Below, in pieces: positions 1 to 9,659 of a stretch of DNA of 64,000 nt. The position numbers and the translations under genes were made by a program. The DNA is from Rhodospirillaceae bacterium (GTDB lineage: Bacteria; Pseudomonadota; Alphaproteobacteria; Rhodospirillales; UBA2165), in contig JAYPHU010000011.1 of the NCBI GenBank assembly GCA_038127535.1, positions 33,560-97,559 on the forward strand, in the 5' to 3' direction. The notes under the pieces were generated by a model. It made no database searches, was not told where the DNA came from, and worked only from the letters and a program-made list of their open reading frames with translations. Every line of letters starts with the position of its first letter. Within the stretch, counting starts at the first letter, position 1.

Positions 1-890
1 AACGCTGGCGACTGCCGGTGCTGGTTGTGGTAATTGCCGGTGCGGCCTATGGCGGCTGGGAAATTTTGGGTCAGGAACTGACCGGACCCGCGCTCGAGGA
101 AATCCCACTGGTCAAAGCGCCGGAAGGCACTATTAAAGTCCGCCCCGATACGCCGGGCGGCATCGACATCCCCAACCGGGACAAGCTTGTTTATGACCGG
201 CTGGAGAAAGACCCGCCGGAACGCCAAGCGGAAAATCTGCTGCCGACGCCGGAGAAACCAATGCCGGCGCCTGCCCCCGCCGGCGAGGAACAGGTGAAAC
301 CGGCCGACGGCGGCAAGGTCGAAAACATCCTGCCGGCAGAACGCCCCATGGCCTCCATTTCGCCCAATCAGCCTCCCGGCGTCGAAGTGGCGGAACGGCC
401 TGCAGTGAAAGTGCCGGAACCGCCGAAACCAGAAGAGACGCCGGTTCATCTGCCGGAGATCAGGGAGACTGCGCCGGCGGACGACAAGCCCGAGGCGGAA
501 CCGCCAGCGCAGGCAGCGATCTCCGCGCCTGAACCTTCCGCCGCCAAGCCCGCGCCTGTCGCGAAGCCCGTGGCGCCGGAGCCCAAGGTCGAAGCGAAAC
601 CTGAACCCAAGCCCCAGGAAACCGCGAGCACTGACGGCGGATACAGTGTCCAACTCGCGGCTGTCCGGGAAGAAAGCGCCGCGCGACGGGAATGGTCCCG
701 CCTGCAGAAACGTCATCCCGACCTGCTGGGCAGCTTATCCCTTCAAGTGGTCCGGGCTGATCTCGGCAATCGCGGCATCTTCTATCGCCTGCGCGCCGGG
801 CCGATATCCGACAAGGACAAGGCCGCGCAATTGTGCACTTATCTGAAGAAGCAGAAGCTCGGCTGCCTGGTCATCCGGCCGGGCCGCTAG
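1..890 (+). CDS. SPOR-domain protein (5' end probably outside the window): TM segment, long Pro/Ala/Glu-rich linker, C-terminal SPOR fold
   Basis: The frame is open from base 3 with no upstream stop. The C-terminus 'GGYSVQLAAVREESAARREWSRLQKRHPDLL...FYRLRAGPISDKDKAAQLC' is a typical SPOR repeat. The position upstream of nagZ matches alphaproteobacterial synteny. Confidence 0.75.
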   Translation, partial: RWRLPVLVVVIAGAAYGGWEILGQELTGPALEEIPLVKAPEGTIKVRPDTPGGIDIPNRDKLVYDRLEKDPPERQAENLLPTPEKPMPAPAPAGEEQVKPADGGKVENILPAERPMASISPNQPPGVEVAERPAVKVPEPPKPEETPVHLPEIRETAPADDKPEAEPPAQAAISAPEPSAAKPAPVAKPVAPEPKVEAKPEPKPQETASTDGGYSVQLAAVREESAARREWSRLQKRHPDLLGSLSLQVVRADLGNRGIFYRLRAGPISDKDKAAQLCTYLKKQKLGCLVIRPGR

Positions 891-892
891 AC

Positions 893-1915
893 ATGCCGGG
901 AGACACGCCGCTGGCGGCCATTTTTGGCTGCGCCGGTCACAAATTCACCAACGATGAGAAAAAGTTCTTTGCCGAGCGGCGGCCAATGGGTCTGATTTTG
1001 TTCGAGCGTAACTGTGCCGAGCCCGACCAGGTACAGGATTTAGTGAGCGAATTCCGGGAATTGGTTGGGCTGCAGGGTTCCCTGGTCCTGATTGATCAGG
1101 AAGGAGGCCGGGTGACCCGGCTGAAACCGCCCCATTGGCGGCATCCGCCGGCGGGTGCGGCCTTTGTGGAACTCGCGGCGCTGAAAAGCCTGTCCGAGGC
1201 CGACGAAGCGGCGCGGCTCAACGCCAATCTGATCGGTGATGAGCTGATCGATATGGGAATCAATGTGGACTGCACGCCGGTGCTCGATCTGCCCCAGCCA
1301 GACGCCGATCCGATTATCGGCGATCGGGCCCTGGGCACGGATATCGATATGATCTCTGCTTTGGGCCGTGCGGTTTGTGACGGCTTGCTGGACGTCGGCG
1401 TGCTGCCGGTGATCAAGCATATCCCCGGGCATGGCCGCGCCACTGTCGACAGCCACAAGGCCCTGCCGAGAGTCGACACCCCTTTGGCCGAGCTGATCGA
1501 GCAGGACTTCGATCCATTCTACCGGCTGAGCGATCTGCCGGTCGCCATGACGGCGCACGTGATCTATGAGGCGATAGACCCGCATGCGCCGGTGACCACA
1601 TCGCCCACCGCTATTCATGACATCGTACGGGAGCAGATTGAATTCGACGGGCTGCTGCTGTCCGACGATCTCTCCATGAAGGCACTGTCGGGCAGTATGA
1701 CCCAGCGGGCCGCGGCCTGCCTGGACGCTGGTTGCGATATTGCGTTGCACTGCAACGGCGATATATCAGAGATGATCGCCGTCGCCGACGGGGTGCGGGA
1801 GATGTCGTTTGAGGCGCTCAACCGTTGGGAGACAGCGTTGAATTTAATCTCGTCCCCCAAACGCATCGACAAAGCGATGGAGCTGGAACGGTTCGAAGAA
1901 TTGATGGCCGGATAA
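893..1915 (+). CDS. nagZ: beta-N-acetylhexosaminidase (NagZ family, GH3)
   Basis: Motifs 'LIDQEGGRVTRL' and 'KHIPGHGRATVDSHKALP' are present. The ATG at 893 lies just after the SPOR gene stop, and the longer ORF from 833 overlaps that gene. Confidence 0.85.
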   Translation: MPGDTPLAAIFGCAGHKFTNDEKKFFAERRPMGLILFERNCAEPDQVQDLVSEFRELVGLQGSLVLIDQEGGRVTRLKPPHWRHPPAGAAFVELAALKSLSEADEAARLNANLIGDELIDMGINVDCTPVLDLPQPDADPIIGDRALGTDIDMISALGRAVCDGLLDVGVLPVIKHIPGHGRATVDSHKALPRVDTPLAELIEQDFDPFYRLSDLPVAMTAHVIYEAIDPHAPVTTSPTAIHDIVREQIEFDGLLLSDDLSMKALSGSMTQRAAACLDAGCDIALHCNGDISEMIAVADGVREMSFEALNRWETALNLISSPKRIDKAMELERFEELMAG

Positions 1916-1922
1916 CGCACCG

Positions 1923-2612
1923 ATGGATATGAGCTCCCTCCTATTTACCGTGTCCGCCTGGGCGGTGCCGGTCTTGTTGGCCATCACCTTGCACGAGGCT
2001 ACCCACGGCTGGGTCGCCTGGAAGCTTGGCGATGACACGGCTTATGTGCGGGGCCGGGTGACCTTTAATCCGATCAAACATATCGATCCGTTCGGCACGA
2101 TCCTGGTGCCGGGGCTGCTGTTGCTGGCCTCAGGCGGCTCGGCAGCCTTCGGTTACGCCAAGCCTGTGCCGCTGAATTTCGGCAGGCTCCGGTCCTGGCG
2201 AACCCACGGCGTTCTGGTCGCGCTTGCCGGGCCGGCGTCCAATTTGATTCTCGCGATTATCTCTCTTTTGCTCTTTCATGGCGTCGGCCTGCCGCCCGAT
2301 ACGCTCCAACCCTGGGTGAAGACTTGCCTGAACGCCTCCGTCTTTATCAACTTAATCTTGTTTTTTTTCAATATGTTACCGATTCCGCCCTTGGACGGCG
2401 GGCGGATTGCAGTCCTGATCCTGCCGCGCTTCCTGGCCAATCCCCTAGCTCGGTTGGAACGGATGGGCTTTGTCATTATTCTGGCGGCCGTATTCGTACT
2501 GCCGTGGATCGGCGATCAGTTGGGCCTCAATCTCAATGTCTTCAACTGGATCGTGTTTCAGCCGGCGGTGCAGTTGCTGGGCATTCTCGCCCGCTTTGTG
2601 GGTTTAGGATAA
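1923..2612 (+). CDS. site-2 protease family (M50) membrane metalloprotease
   Basis: An HExxH motif ('LHEATHGW') sits in the first TM region. The protein is polytopic and hydrophobic, with 'NMLPIPPLDGG' typical of M50. Confidence 0.8.
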   Translation: MDMSSLLFTVSAWAVPVLLAITLHEATHGWVAWKLGDDTAYVRGRVTFNPIKHIDPFGTILVPGLLLLASGGSAAFGYAKPVPLNFGRLRSWRTHGVLVALAGPASNLILAIISLLLFHGVGLPPDTLQPWVKTCLNASVFINLILFFFNMLPIPPLDGGRIAVLILPRFLANPLARLERMGFVIILAAVFVLPWIGDQLGLNLNVFNWIVFQPAVQLLGILARFVGLG

Positions 2613-2614
2613 TC

Positions 2615-3475
2615 GTGGCGGACAACGAAGAGATCAAAGCGCGCGAGTTCGAGGAAGACGAACGCACCGCCGTACCGAAAGGCCAGGAGTGGGTGGTCGA
2701 TGTCGGCGGCTTTGAAGGCCCGATTGATGTGCTGCTGACGCTCGCTCGTAATCAGAAGGTCGATCTGGCGCAAATCTCTATCCTTCAATTGGCGGATCAG
2801 TATCTGGAATGGGTGGCCATCGTGCGCCGCACCAATCTGGAGCTTGCCGCCGACTACTTGGTGATGGCGGCCTGGCTGGCCTATCTGAAATCCCGTCTTC
2901 TCCTGCCGAACCTGTCCAAAGAAGAGGAACCCAGCGGCGAGGAGATGGCCGCTGCCCTGCAGTTCCAGCTGCAGCGGCTTGAATCCATGCAGGACGCCGG
3001 CGTTCGGCTGATGGCGCGAGACCGGCTGGGCCAGGATTTCTTCAAGCGGGGCGAGCCTGAAAAGTTCGGCTACACCGCGATCCCGACCATTGATGTCAGC
3101 CTCTATGACCTGTTGAGCGCCTATAGCGATCACACCCATCGGTCCAATGTACGGACGCTCCATATCCAGGCGTCCGATCTTTATTCCCCAGATGATGCCG
3201 TTCAGTGGCTGAAAAAGATCGTTGGCCGCATCCCCGAATGGTCGGACCTGTCTCAGTTCCTGCCCGGCGAGCTGACCGGGGATATCGTCAGCCGATCAAT
3301 GATGGCTTCGGCCCTGGTCGCGGCCCTGACAATGACCAAGGAAGGGCGCATTCAGTTGCGCCAGGGTGAGCAGTTCGGCCCGCTTTATATCCGCGATATT
3401 CCGCCGCCCAACGACAATAACCCGCCGGCTCGGCCCGGCGGCGCCGAAACCGGAACCACGAGTAATCAACCATGA
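2615..3475 (+). CDS. scpA: segregation and condensation protein A
   Basis: 'FEGPIDVLLTLARNQKVDLAQISILQLADQYL' is a kleisin ScpA N-terminus. The GTG at 2615 follows the M50 stop, and the 2324 start would overlap that gene. Confidence 0.85.
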   Translation: MADNEEIKAREFEEDERTAVPKGQEWVVDVGGFEGPIDVLLTLARNQKVDLAQISILQLADQYLEWVAIVRRTNLELAADYLVMAAWLAYLKSRLLLPNLSKEEEPSGEEMAAALQFQLQRLESMQDAGVRLMARDRLGQDFFKRGEPEKFGYTAIPTIDVSLYDLLSAYSDHTHRSNVRTLHIQASDLYSPDDAVQWLKKIVGRIPEWSDLSQFLPGELTGDIVSRSMMASALVAALTMTKEGRIQLRQGEQFGPLYIRDIPPPNDNNPPARPGGAETGTTSNQP

Positions 3476-4155
3476 CCGAGGTTAACGTCCGACATCTGAG
3501 ACTGCTGGAAGCGCTGCTGTTCGCCTCCACCTCGCCGGTACCTATGAAGGTGATGACCGAACGGCTGCCTGAGGACGCGGACATCCCGGCGCTGATTGAG
3601 GAACTGACCGGCCATTATAAGGAGAGGGGCGTGAACCTGGTGAAGGTGGGCAACGCCTGGGCCTTCCGCACCGCGCCGGAACTGGGCCAGCAACTGACCA
3701 TCGAGCGGGAGGTGACAAGAAAGCTCTCCCGCGCCGCCGTTGAGACCTTGGCCATCGTCGCCTATCATCAGCCCATAACCCGCGGGGAAATCGAGGAAAT
3801 TCGCGGCGTCGGTCTTTCCAAGGGCACCATGGACGTGCTTTTCGAGGCGGGCTGGATCAAGCCCCGGGGCCGCCGCCGGACGCCGGGCAAGCCGGTGACC
3901 TGGGGCACCACAGACGCGTTTCTGGATCACTTCGGCCTTAGCGGTCTGGATGATCTGCCGGGCATGGATGACCTAAAGGCCGCCGGCATGTTGGATAAGC
4001 GCCCGGCCATTCAGACCTTGGGCACCCGCGGCGCGCTGGGGCCCAAGGCCGATCCCGACATGCTGGAGGAACCGGCGGAGGAAGAGGATGTCCTGCCGGA
4101 ACCCCTGGACCCGGACGGCGGGGAAGACGACCTCGTCGCCGCCGAGGCGGATTAG
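3472..4155 (+). CDS. scpB: segregation and condensation protein B
   Basis: 'LEALLFASTSPV', 'LSRAAVETLAIVAYHQPITRGEIEEIRGV' and an acidic tail are present. There is a 4-nt ATGA overlap with scpA. Confidence 0.85.
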   Translation: MTEVNVRHLRLLEALLFASTSPVPMKVMTERLPEDADIPALIEELTGHYKERGVNLVKVGNAWAFRTAPELGQQLTIEREVTRKLSRAAVETLAIVAYHQPITRGEIEEIRGVGLSKGTMDVLFEAGWIKPRGRRRTPGKPVTWGTTDAFLDHFGLSGLDDLPGMDDLKAAGMLDKRPAIQTLGTRGALGPKADPDMLEEPAEEEDVLPEPLDPDGGEDDLVAAEAD

Positions 4156-4167
4156 GCCGCGGGCGTT

Positions 4168-5328
4168 TTGCGTTATGAAATCTTCGTCACGGTCTGGGGC
4201 GAACGATTTGTCCGAAAATTTTGCGACTTTGCGCTGGCCAGCCAACTAAGCCCCGGCAACCTGCCGGCATTGGCCAAAGATGCCGAGGTTATCTACCGAA
4301 TCTATACTGACCGGGAGTCCCGCCAATATTTCAATGACGCTATGCCCGCGCTTGAGGCCACCGGTGTCGCCGCCGAGTTAATCTTCTACGAAGAGATGAC
4401 CTACAAGGGCGCGGCGCTGTCCGACGTGATTGCCGCATCCGACCCCACTATCGTGAAGCATAATGTGCAGCGGGAAACCGCTCAGGACCACGTGCGCCTG
4501 GCGGCGGCAACACCCGGCACGGCGGCAATGTTGTTCGATTCAGACTTTATCTTCGCCGACGGGTCCTTGGCCTATATCGACGCCCAGCGCCGGGCGGGTA
4601 AGAAGGCGGTCGCCGGTATTTATTTGCGCTTGGAAGAGGAGGGGGCCTCGCCTGAGCTCGCCAAAATGCCGGCGGATGGCTGGCCGGCGCGCACGCTCGT
4701 GCAGCTTGGCCTGGAGCACATGCACCCGATCCAGCGCAGCATGTTCATGGGTGCGGAATCGTTCTCCCCTTACCCTGCGCAGCTCAACTGGATGGTGGAG
4801 GCCGGCGGCCGCAAGGTGGGCTATATCACCCACTGTTTCTTCCCCCATCCGCTGATGATAGAGTTGGACGGCGGCGCGTTCTCCTACATGAGCACCATGG
4901 ACTACGAGGTGACCCTGCGCGCGGCGGCCGACGAGGATATCTGCTTCGTCAATTCCTCGGATGATTTGTTGTTCTGTAAACTATCGACGGGTGGGTACCT
5001 GGCGGACCGGGGCGCCGCCGAGCCGCCGAGCCTGGAAACCATGGCCCGGTTTATCCTCTCCAACACCAACGTCCGGCACCGGCTGTTTATGGAAACCCCA
5101 GTGCGGTTCATCGCCGATGATGGGAGCGGCATCGCCGGGATGACCTTTGACACGGTCGCCTGCGCGTCCTCCGCCTTCGTCTCGGAAATCTATCAGTCGG
5201 TCGAGCTCACCTTGGCCAATCAGAGCGGGATAGATCCCAAATCCATGATGTTCATCAAGAGCTACCTGGGCCCGATTGAGAACTTTATTTCGCCGCAGGT
5301 GAACGCCCGGATGGACAACTGGATGTAG
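4168..5328 (+). CDS. hypothetical protein, possible GT-A-like nucleotide-sugar transferase (tentative)
   Basis: This is a 386-aa ORF with coding-like composition. The N-terminal strand 'YEIFVTVWGERF' and 'FDSDFIF' (DxD-like) suggest the fold. It has a TTG start, no clear SD, lies 12 nt after the scpB TAG and is in the same frame. Confidence 0.5.
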   Translation: MRYEIFVTVWGERFVRKFCDFALASQLSPGNLPALAKDAEVIYRIYTDRESRQYFNDAMPALEATGVAAELIFYEEMTYKGAALSDVIAASDPTIVKHNVQRETAQDHVRLAAATPGTAAMLFDSDFIFADGSLAYIDAQRRAGKKAVAGIYLRLEEEGASPELAKMPADGWPARTLVQLGLEHMHPIQRSMFMGAESFSPYPAQLNWMVEAGGRKVGYITHCFFPHPLMIELDGGAFSYMSTMDYEVTLRAAADEDICFVNSSDDLLFCKLSTGGYLADRGAAEPPSLETMARFILSNTNVRHRLFMETPVRFIADDGSGIAGMTFDTVACASSAFVSEIYQSVELTLANQSGIDPKSMMFIKSYLGPIENFISPQVNARMDNWM

Positions 5329-5364
5329 CCTCAACCCCACCGTTACATACCATCATATTGCGAA

Positions 5365-5392
5365 TTGGGACTGGGTTGTTCGCGCCTATAAT
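5365..5392 (+). promoter_or_regulatory. putative sigma70-type promoter (TTGGGA-N16-TATAAT)
   Basis: A perfect TATAAT at 5387-5392 has TTGGGA 16 nt upstream. It lies in the AT-rich spacer ahead of the receiver-like gene. Confidence 0.25.
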
Positions 5393-5561
5393 CTCAAAAC
5401 TTATTTTTTTATCCCTTTAAGCTGCATGACTGGTCGTGGTCGTGAGCAGCCTGAAACACTTGTCAAACCTGCGGTTTATAGTGGTAAATGCGTATATGGG
5501 ATCTACGAGGGGGCTTTGGAATTATTACGTATCTCGGGTAGTGTCTGTAGTTGGGGAAGCT

Positions 5562-6479
5562 ATGACTGGACAAGTTTCACCCGCCAACGAAAAGATCGAC
5601 CTGAGCAAGCTCTCGGTGATCTTCGGCCAACCTGACAAGCATGACGCACAGGAAATGGAGCGGCAGTTAGGCGTGCTCGGCATTCAGAACGTCAAGATTT
5701 TCCGCAATATGGACTGGGTTGCCCAGGCTGTTCACAGCGAAGAGGCCGATCTGTTCCTGTGCAATATGCTCGGCAATGAAAGCCACGCGCGGCGGATTTT
5801 CAGCAGCGTGAGAAATCAACAAGTGGGCGACAACCCATTCATGGTTATGATGTCCATGGCCGGGATGATGACTGAAGATGACGTGCGGCGGTCCATCGAT
5901 TCAGGCACCGATGATCTGATTACCCTGCCGTTCCGGCGAGATAATTTTGTCACCCGGCTCAATGATCTCGCCTAGCATCGCAAGAAATTCGTCGCCACCG
6001 CTACCTATGTGGGCCCGACCTACCGCTCGGAATATCGGGAAGGGGAGCAGGGAACGGAAGAATTTGACGTGCCGAACCCGGTCTACACAATCGGCACCGG
6101 CAAATCCCGCGACGAGTTGCGCCAGCAAATCAACACCTCTTCGGTGGAGGTGAATGAGCGCAAGCTCAATACCGATGTCTAGACCATTAAGAGCATTATG
6201 GAGGAAATCAACCCCTTCTATCAGCTCTCTCAGATTGACAAGGAATTTATGAGCAAAGTCGATCTGATGCATGATGTTACCCAGTCGGTGCAGAGCCGCG
6301 CCAAGCGGATGCGCTATGAAAACCTGCTGCATCTTTGCGATATCGCCGGCAACATTGCTGACGATATCAAGGAAACCCCGAAGCCGCCGAACCTGCGCCA
6401 CTTGCGCGCCATGCCCAAGCTGGTCGAGGGGTTTGATCTCGCGCTATCGATGGGGTCGGAGCTTTTGGCCCCCGGTTGA
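5562..6479 (+). pseudogene. receiver(REC)-like protein with a C-terminal extension, interrupted by two in-frame TAG codons (5973-5975, 6180-6182)
   Basis: The ATG at 5562 follows a GGGGAAG SD. The REC-like fold has a degenerate active site ('DLFLCNM' with Asn at the phospho-Asp position, 'LITLPF' with no Lys). The same frame stays open and protein-like after each TAG ('HRKKFVATATYVGPTYR...', 'MEEINPFYQLSQ...'). Confidence 0.5.
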
Positions 6480-6663
6480 TGACTCCGTGGCCGAAGTTAT
6501 TCTGGCTAGCCCTTGATTCCATTCAATAATTCGTAAAATTGAGCGCAATATTAAACATGCGGTTCCGATTGCTCTGAATCACTCATTCTGCCATTATGCG
6601 CCCCCGCGGGGAAGAACCCCCGCAGCGTTTAACAAGAATTTTCAGGCAAGAAAGTAAGTTCAC

Positions 6664-6885
6664 ATGGGAATTGGCGGAATTTGGCAATGGGTCGTTGTCC
6701 TGGCGATTGTACTTATCCTCTTTGGCGGACGGGGCAAGATTTCCCAGCTCATGGGTGATTTCGGCAAAGGGCTGAAGTCGTTCAAGAAGGGCATTAAGGA
6801 AGACGAGCCCGAGTCGGTCGAGGCGAAAGAAGCCGCGCCGGCTGCCAATCAACAGGCGTCCGTCGCCGAAGAAAAGAAAGACTGA
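6664..6885 (+). CDS. tatA: twin-arginine translocase subunit TatA
   Basis: '[43 protein letters not shown]' is present. Confidence 0.9.
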   Translation: MGIGGIWQWVVVLAIVLILFGGRGKISQLMGDFGKGLKSFKKGIKEDEPESVEAKEAAPAANQQASVAEEKKD

Positions 6886-6957
6886 CTGCGAGACTGACCC
6901 CGCCGTCCGGTCTTTACCGGCGGCCGTCACTCGAACGCCCAGGGAGCGTTGGCCGCA

Positions 6958-7455
6958 ATGTTTGATATCGGCTGGCCCGAATTATTCCTCGTTGCTGTGG
7001 TCGTGCTTTTGGTCATCGGACCAAAGGAGCTGCCGCGCGTGCTGGCGAATATTGCCCGCTGGGTGAGTAAGGCCAAATCGGTGACCCGTGAATTCCGAAG
7101 CCATGTGGATGACATGATCCGGGAAAGCGAGCTGGATGATGTTAGGCGCCAGTTCGACGCGGCGGCCAGCGGCGACGTCAACGCCATGATCGAAAACACA
7201 ATCGATCCAGACGGCGATCTCAAAAACTCCATCGACTTTGCCGATCCGGAAGTCGAGGACACGTTCGAGACCGAGGACGATCTGGATGTCTATTCCATCG
7301 GCGACTATGACGGCATGGACGATTATGCCGATGATATCGATAGCGACGATGACGTGGACGGCGGCGAACCGGAAATATTGAAGCAAGCTGAAGCCGAACC
7401 GGACGAGCCGGCGCCTGAATCTGCCCCGGACAAAAAAGAAAGTACTGCGTCGTGA
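6958..7455 (+). CDS. tatB: twin-arginine translocase subunit TatB
   Basis: 'MFDIGWPELFLVAVVVLLVIGPKELPRV' and an acidic tail are present. The ATG at 6958 is preferred over the TTG at 6949. Confidence 0.85.
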   Translation: MFDIGWPELFLVAVVVLLVIGPKELPRVLANIARWVSKAKSVTREFRSHVDDMIRESELDDVRRQFDAAASGDVNAMIENTIDPDGDLKNSIDFADPEVEDTFETEDDLDVYSIGDYDGMDDYADDIDSDDDVDGGEPEILKQAEAEPDEPAPESAPDKKESTAS

Positions 7456-8279
7456 GCGAGGAGGGGGCAAACGACAGCGGCTCCAAGATGCCGCTTCTCG
7501 AGCATCTGGTGGAGCTCCGTACCCGGCTCCTGAAATCCGTGATCGCCATCATCGTGCTGTTCTTTGCGCTCTTTGCGGTGAAGGAACATATCTACAGCTT
7601 CTTGGTGCAGCCCCTGGCCGACATCCTGCAGGAGCAGGGCGGCAACCGGCGGCTGATCTTCACCGCCCTGCATGAAGCGTTCTTCACCTATATCAAGGTC
7701 TCCTTCTGGACGGCGATCTTTGTCGCTTTTCCTTTCATCGCCATGCAGTTTTGGCGGTTCGTCGCACCCGGTCTTTATGAGAGCGAGAAAAAGGCGCTGA
7801 TGCCGTATCTGTTCATCTCGCCGATCTTATTCTTTATGGGCGGCGCGCTGGTCTACTACTTTATCTTTCCCCTGGCCTGGCGGTTCTTCATCAGCTTCGA
7901 AGCGCCGGGCACCGTGGATACCCTGGCGGTCCAGCTTGAGCCCAAGGTCAACGAATACCTGTCCCTGGTTATGCGGCTGATTTTCGCCTTCGGCATCAGC
8001 TTTCAGTTGCCGGTGGTGCTCACCCTAATGGCGCGGGCAGGCATGACCACCTCCGTCGGGCTTGCCGCCAAGCGCAAATACGCCATCGTCTTTTCCTTTA
8101 TCGGCGCGGCGATCATCACGCCGCCCGACGTGATCAGCCAGGTCGGCCTCGCCATCCCGATCATTATTCTCTACGAAGCGTCGATCATTTCTGTCCGCAT
8201 GGTCGAGAAAAAGAAGGGCATCGAGATCGAGGACGACGATGACGATCTTCTCGAGGAAACTGACTTCAACCAGGCTTAG
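7452..8279 (+). CDS. tatC: twin-arginine translocase subunit TatC
   Basis: 'MPLLEHLVELRTRLLKS' and six TM segments are present. There is a GTGA overlap with tatB. Confidence 0.9.
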   Translation: MSEEGANDSGSKMPLLEHLVELRTRLLKSVIAIIVLFFALFAVKEHIYSFLVQPLADILQEQGGNRRLIFTALHEAFFTYIKVSFWTAIFVAFPFIAMQFWRFVAPGLYESEKKALMPYLFISPILFFMGGALVYYFIFPLAWRFFISFEAPGTVDTLAVQLEPKVNEYLSLVMRLIFAFGISFQLPVVLTLMARAGMTTSVGLAAKRKYAIVFSFIGAAIITPPDVISQVGLAIPIIILYEASIISVRMVEKKKGIEIEDDDDDLLEETDFNQA

Positions 8280-8369
8280 GCTCACTCCCCTGGCTCCGGC
8301 CCCTTGCCCCCATTCTGCGTCGCGACTATAAGTCCCACCGGTAATAGCTAACGACTTCAGAGAGTTCGC

Positions 8370-9656
8370 ATGTTCGATATCCGCTGGATACGGGAAGAGC
8401 CCGACGCCTTGGACGCGGGCATGGCGCGCCGGGGCCTGGAGCCCATGGCCGCGCAATTGATCGAGATCGACAAGCGCCGCCGGGACGCGCAGACCCGCGC
8501 GCAGGAGCTGCAGACCCGCCGCAACGAGCTCTCCAAGGAAATCGGTAAGGCCAAGGCCGCCGGTGAAGACGTCAGCGCCGCTATCGCCGAGGTGCAGAAC
8601 TCCAAAGACGCGCAGGCCGCCGCCGAAGACGAGGCTAAAACCGTCGGTGAGGAGTTGGACGCCGCGCTTTCCGGCCTGCCCAACGTACCGCTCGACGATG
8701 TGCCCGACGGCGCGGATGAAGACGACAATATCGAGGTCCGCACTTGGGGGGATCCTAAAAAATTCGGCTTTACGCCCAAGGAGCACTTCGACATCGGCGA
8801 AGGCCTCGGGCTGATGGATTTCGAGACCGCGGCCAAAATGTCTGGCGCCCGGTTCTGCATCCTGTCCGGCACACTTGCGCGGATGGAACGGGCCTTGGCC
8901 GCCTTCATGCTGGATCTGCATACGGTTGAGAACGGCTATACGGAAGTTAACCCGCCGGCCCTGGTGCGGGAAAATGCAGCCTTCGGCACCGGCCAGTTGC
9001 CCAAGTTTGAGGAAGACCTGTTCAAGACCACCAATGACTTTTGGCTCATCCCGACGGCCGAGGTGCCGCTGACCAACATGGTCGCCGATGAAATTCTGGA
9101 CGAAGACACGCTACCCAGACGGATGGCCGCCATGACCTGGTGTTTCCGCTCCGAGGCGGGCGCAGCGGGGCGGGACACGCGCGGCATGATCCGCCAGCAC
9201 CAGTTCACCAAGGTCGAGCTGGTCAGCATCGTCCATCCGGATGAGTCCCTGGCCGAGCTGGAACGCATGACCAACTGTGCCGAGGAAGTGCTCAAGCGGC
9301 TGGGACTGCCCTACCGGACGATCATGCTCTGCACCGGTGATATGGGCTTCAGCGCGCGCAAGACCTACGATATCGAAGTGTGGCTGCCCGGCCAGAACGA
9401 GGGCCAGGGCCGCTACCGTGAAATCTCGTCCTGCTCCACTTGCGGGGATTTTCAGGCCCGCCGCATGAAGGCCCGGTTCCGTCCCAAGGAAGGGAAGGGC
9501 ACCCAGTTCGTCCACACGCTCAACGGTTCCGGCATCGCTGTTGGCCGCGCGCTCATCGCCGTGTTGGAGAACTACCAGCAGGAAGACGGTTCCGTCGTCG
9601 TGCCCGAAGCGCTGCGCCCCTACATGGGCGGGCTCGAGGTCATCGAAAAGGCCTAA
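8370..9656 (+). CDS. serS: seryl-tRNA synthetase
   Basis: '[11 protein letters not shown]' with a coiled-coil arm, plus class II motifs '[25 protein letters not shown]' and '[21 protein letters not shown]'. Confidence 0.95.
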   Translation: MFDIRWIREEPDALDAGMARRGLEPMAAQLIEIDKRRRDAQTRAQELQTRRNELSKEIGKAKAAGEDVSAAIAEVQNSKDAQAAAEDEAKTVGEELDAALSGLPNVPLDDVPDGADEDDNIEVRTWGDPKKFGFTPKEHFDIGEGLGLMDFETAAKMSGARFCILSGTLARMERALAAFMLDLHTVENGYTEVNPPALVRENAAFGTGQLPKFEEDLFKTTNDFWLIPTAEVPLTNMVADEILDEDTLPRRMAAMTWCFRSEAGAAGRDTRGMIRQHQFTKVELVSIVHPDESLAELERMTNCAEEVLKRLGLPYRTIMLCTGDMGFSARKTYDIEVWLPGQNEGQGRYREISSCSTCGDFQARRMKARFRPKEGKGTQFVHTLNGSGIAVGRALIAVLENYQQEDGSVVVPEALRPYMGGLEVIEKA

Positions 9657-9659
9657 ATC

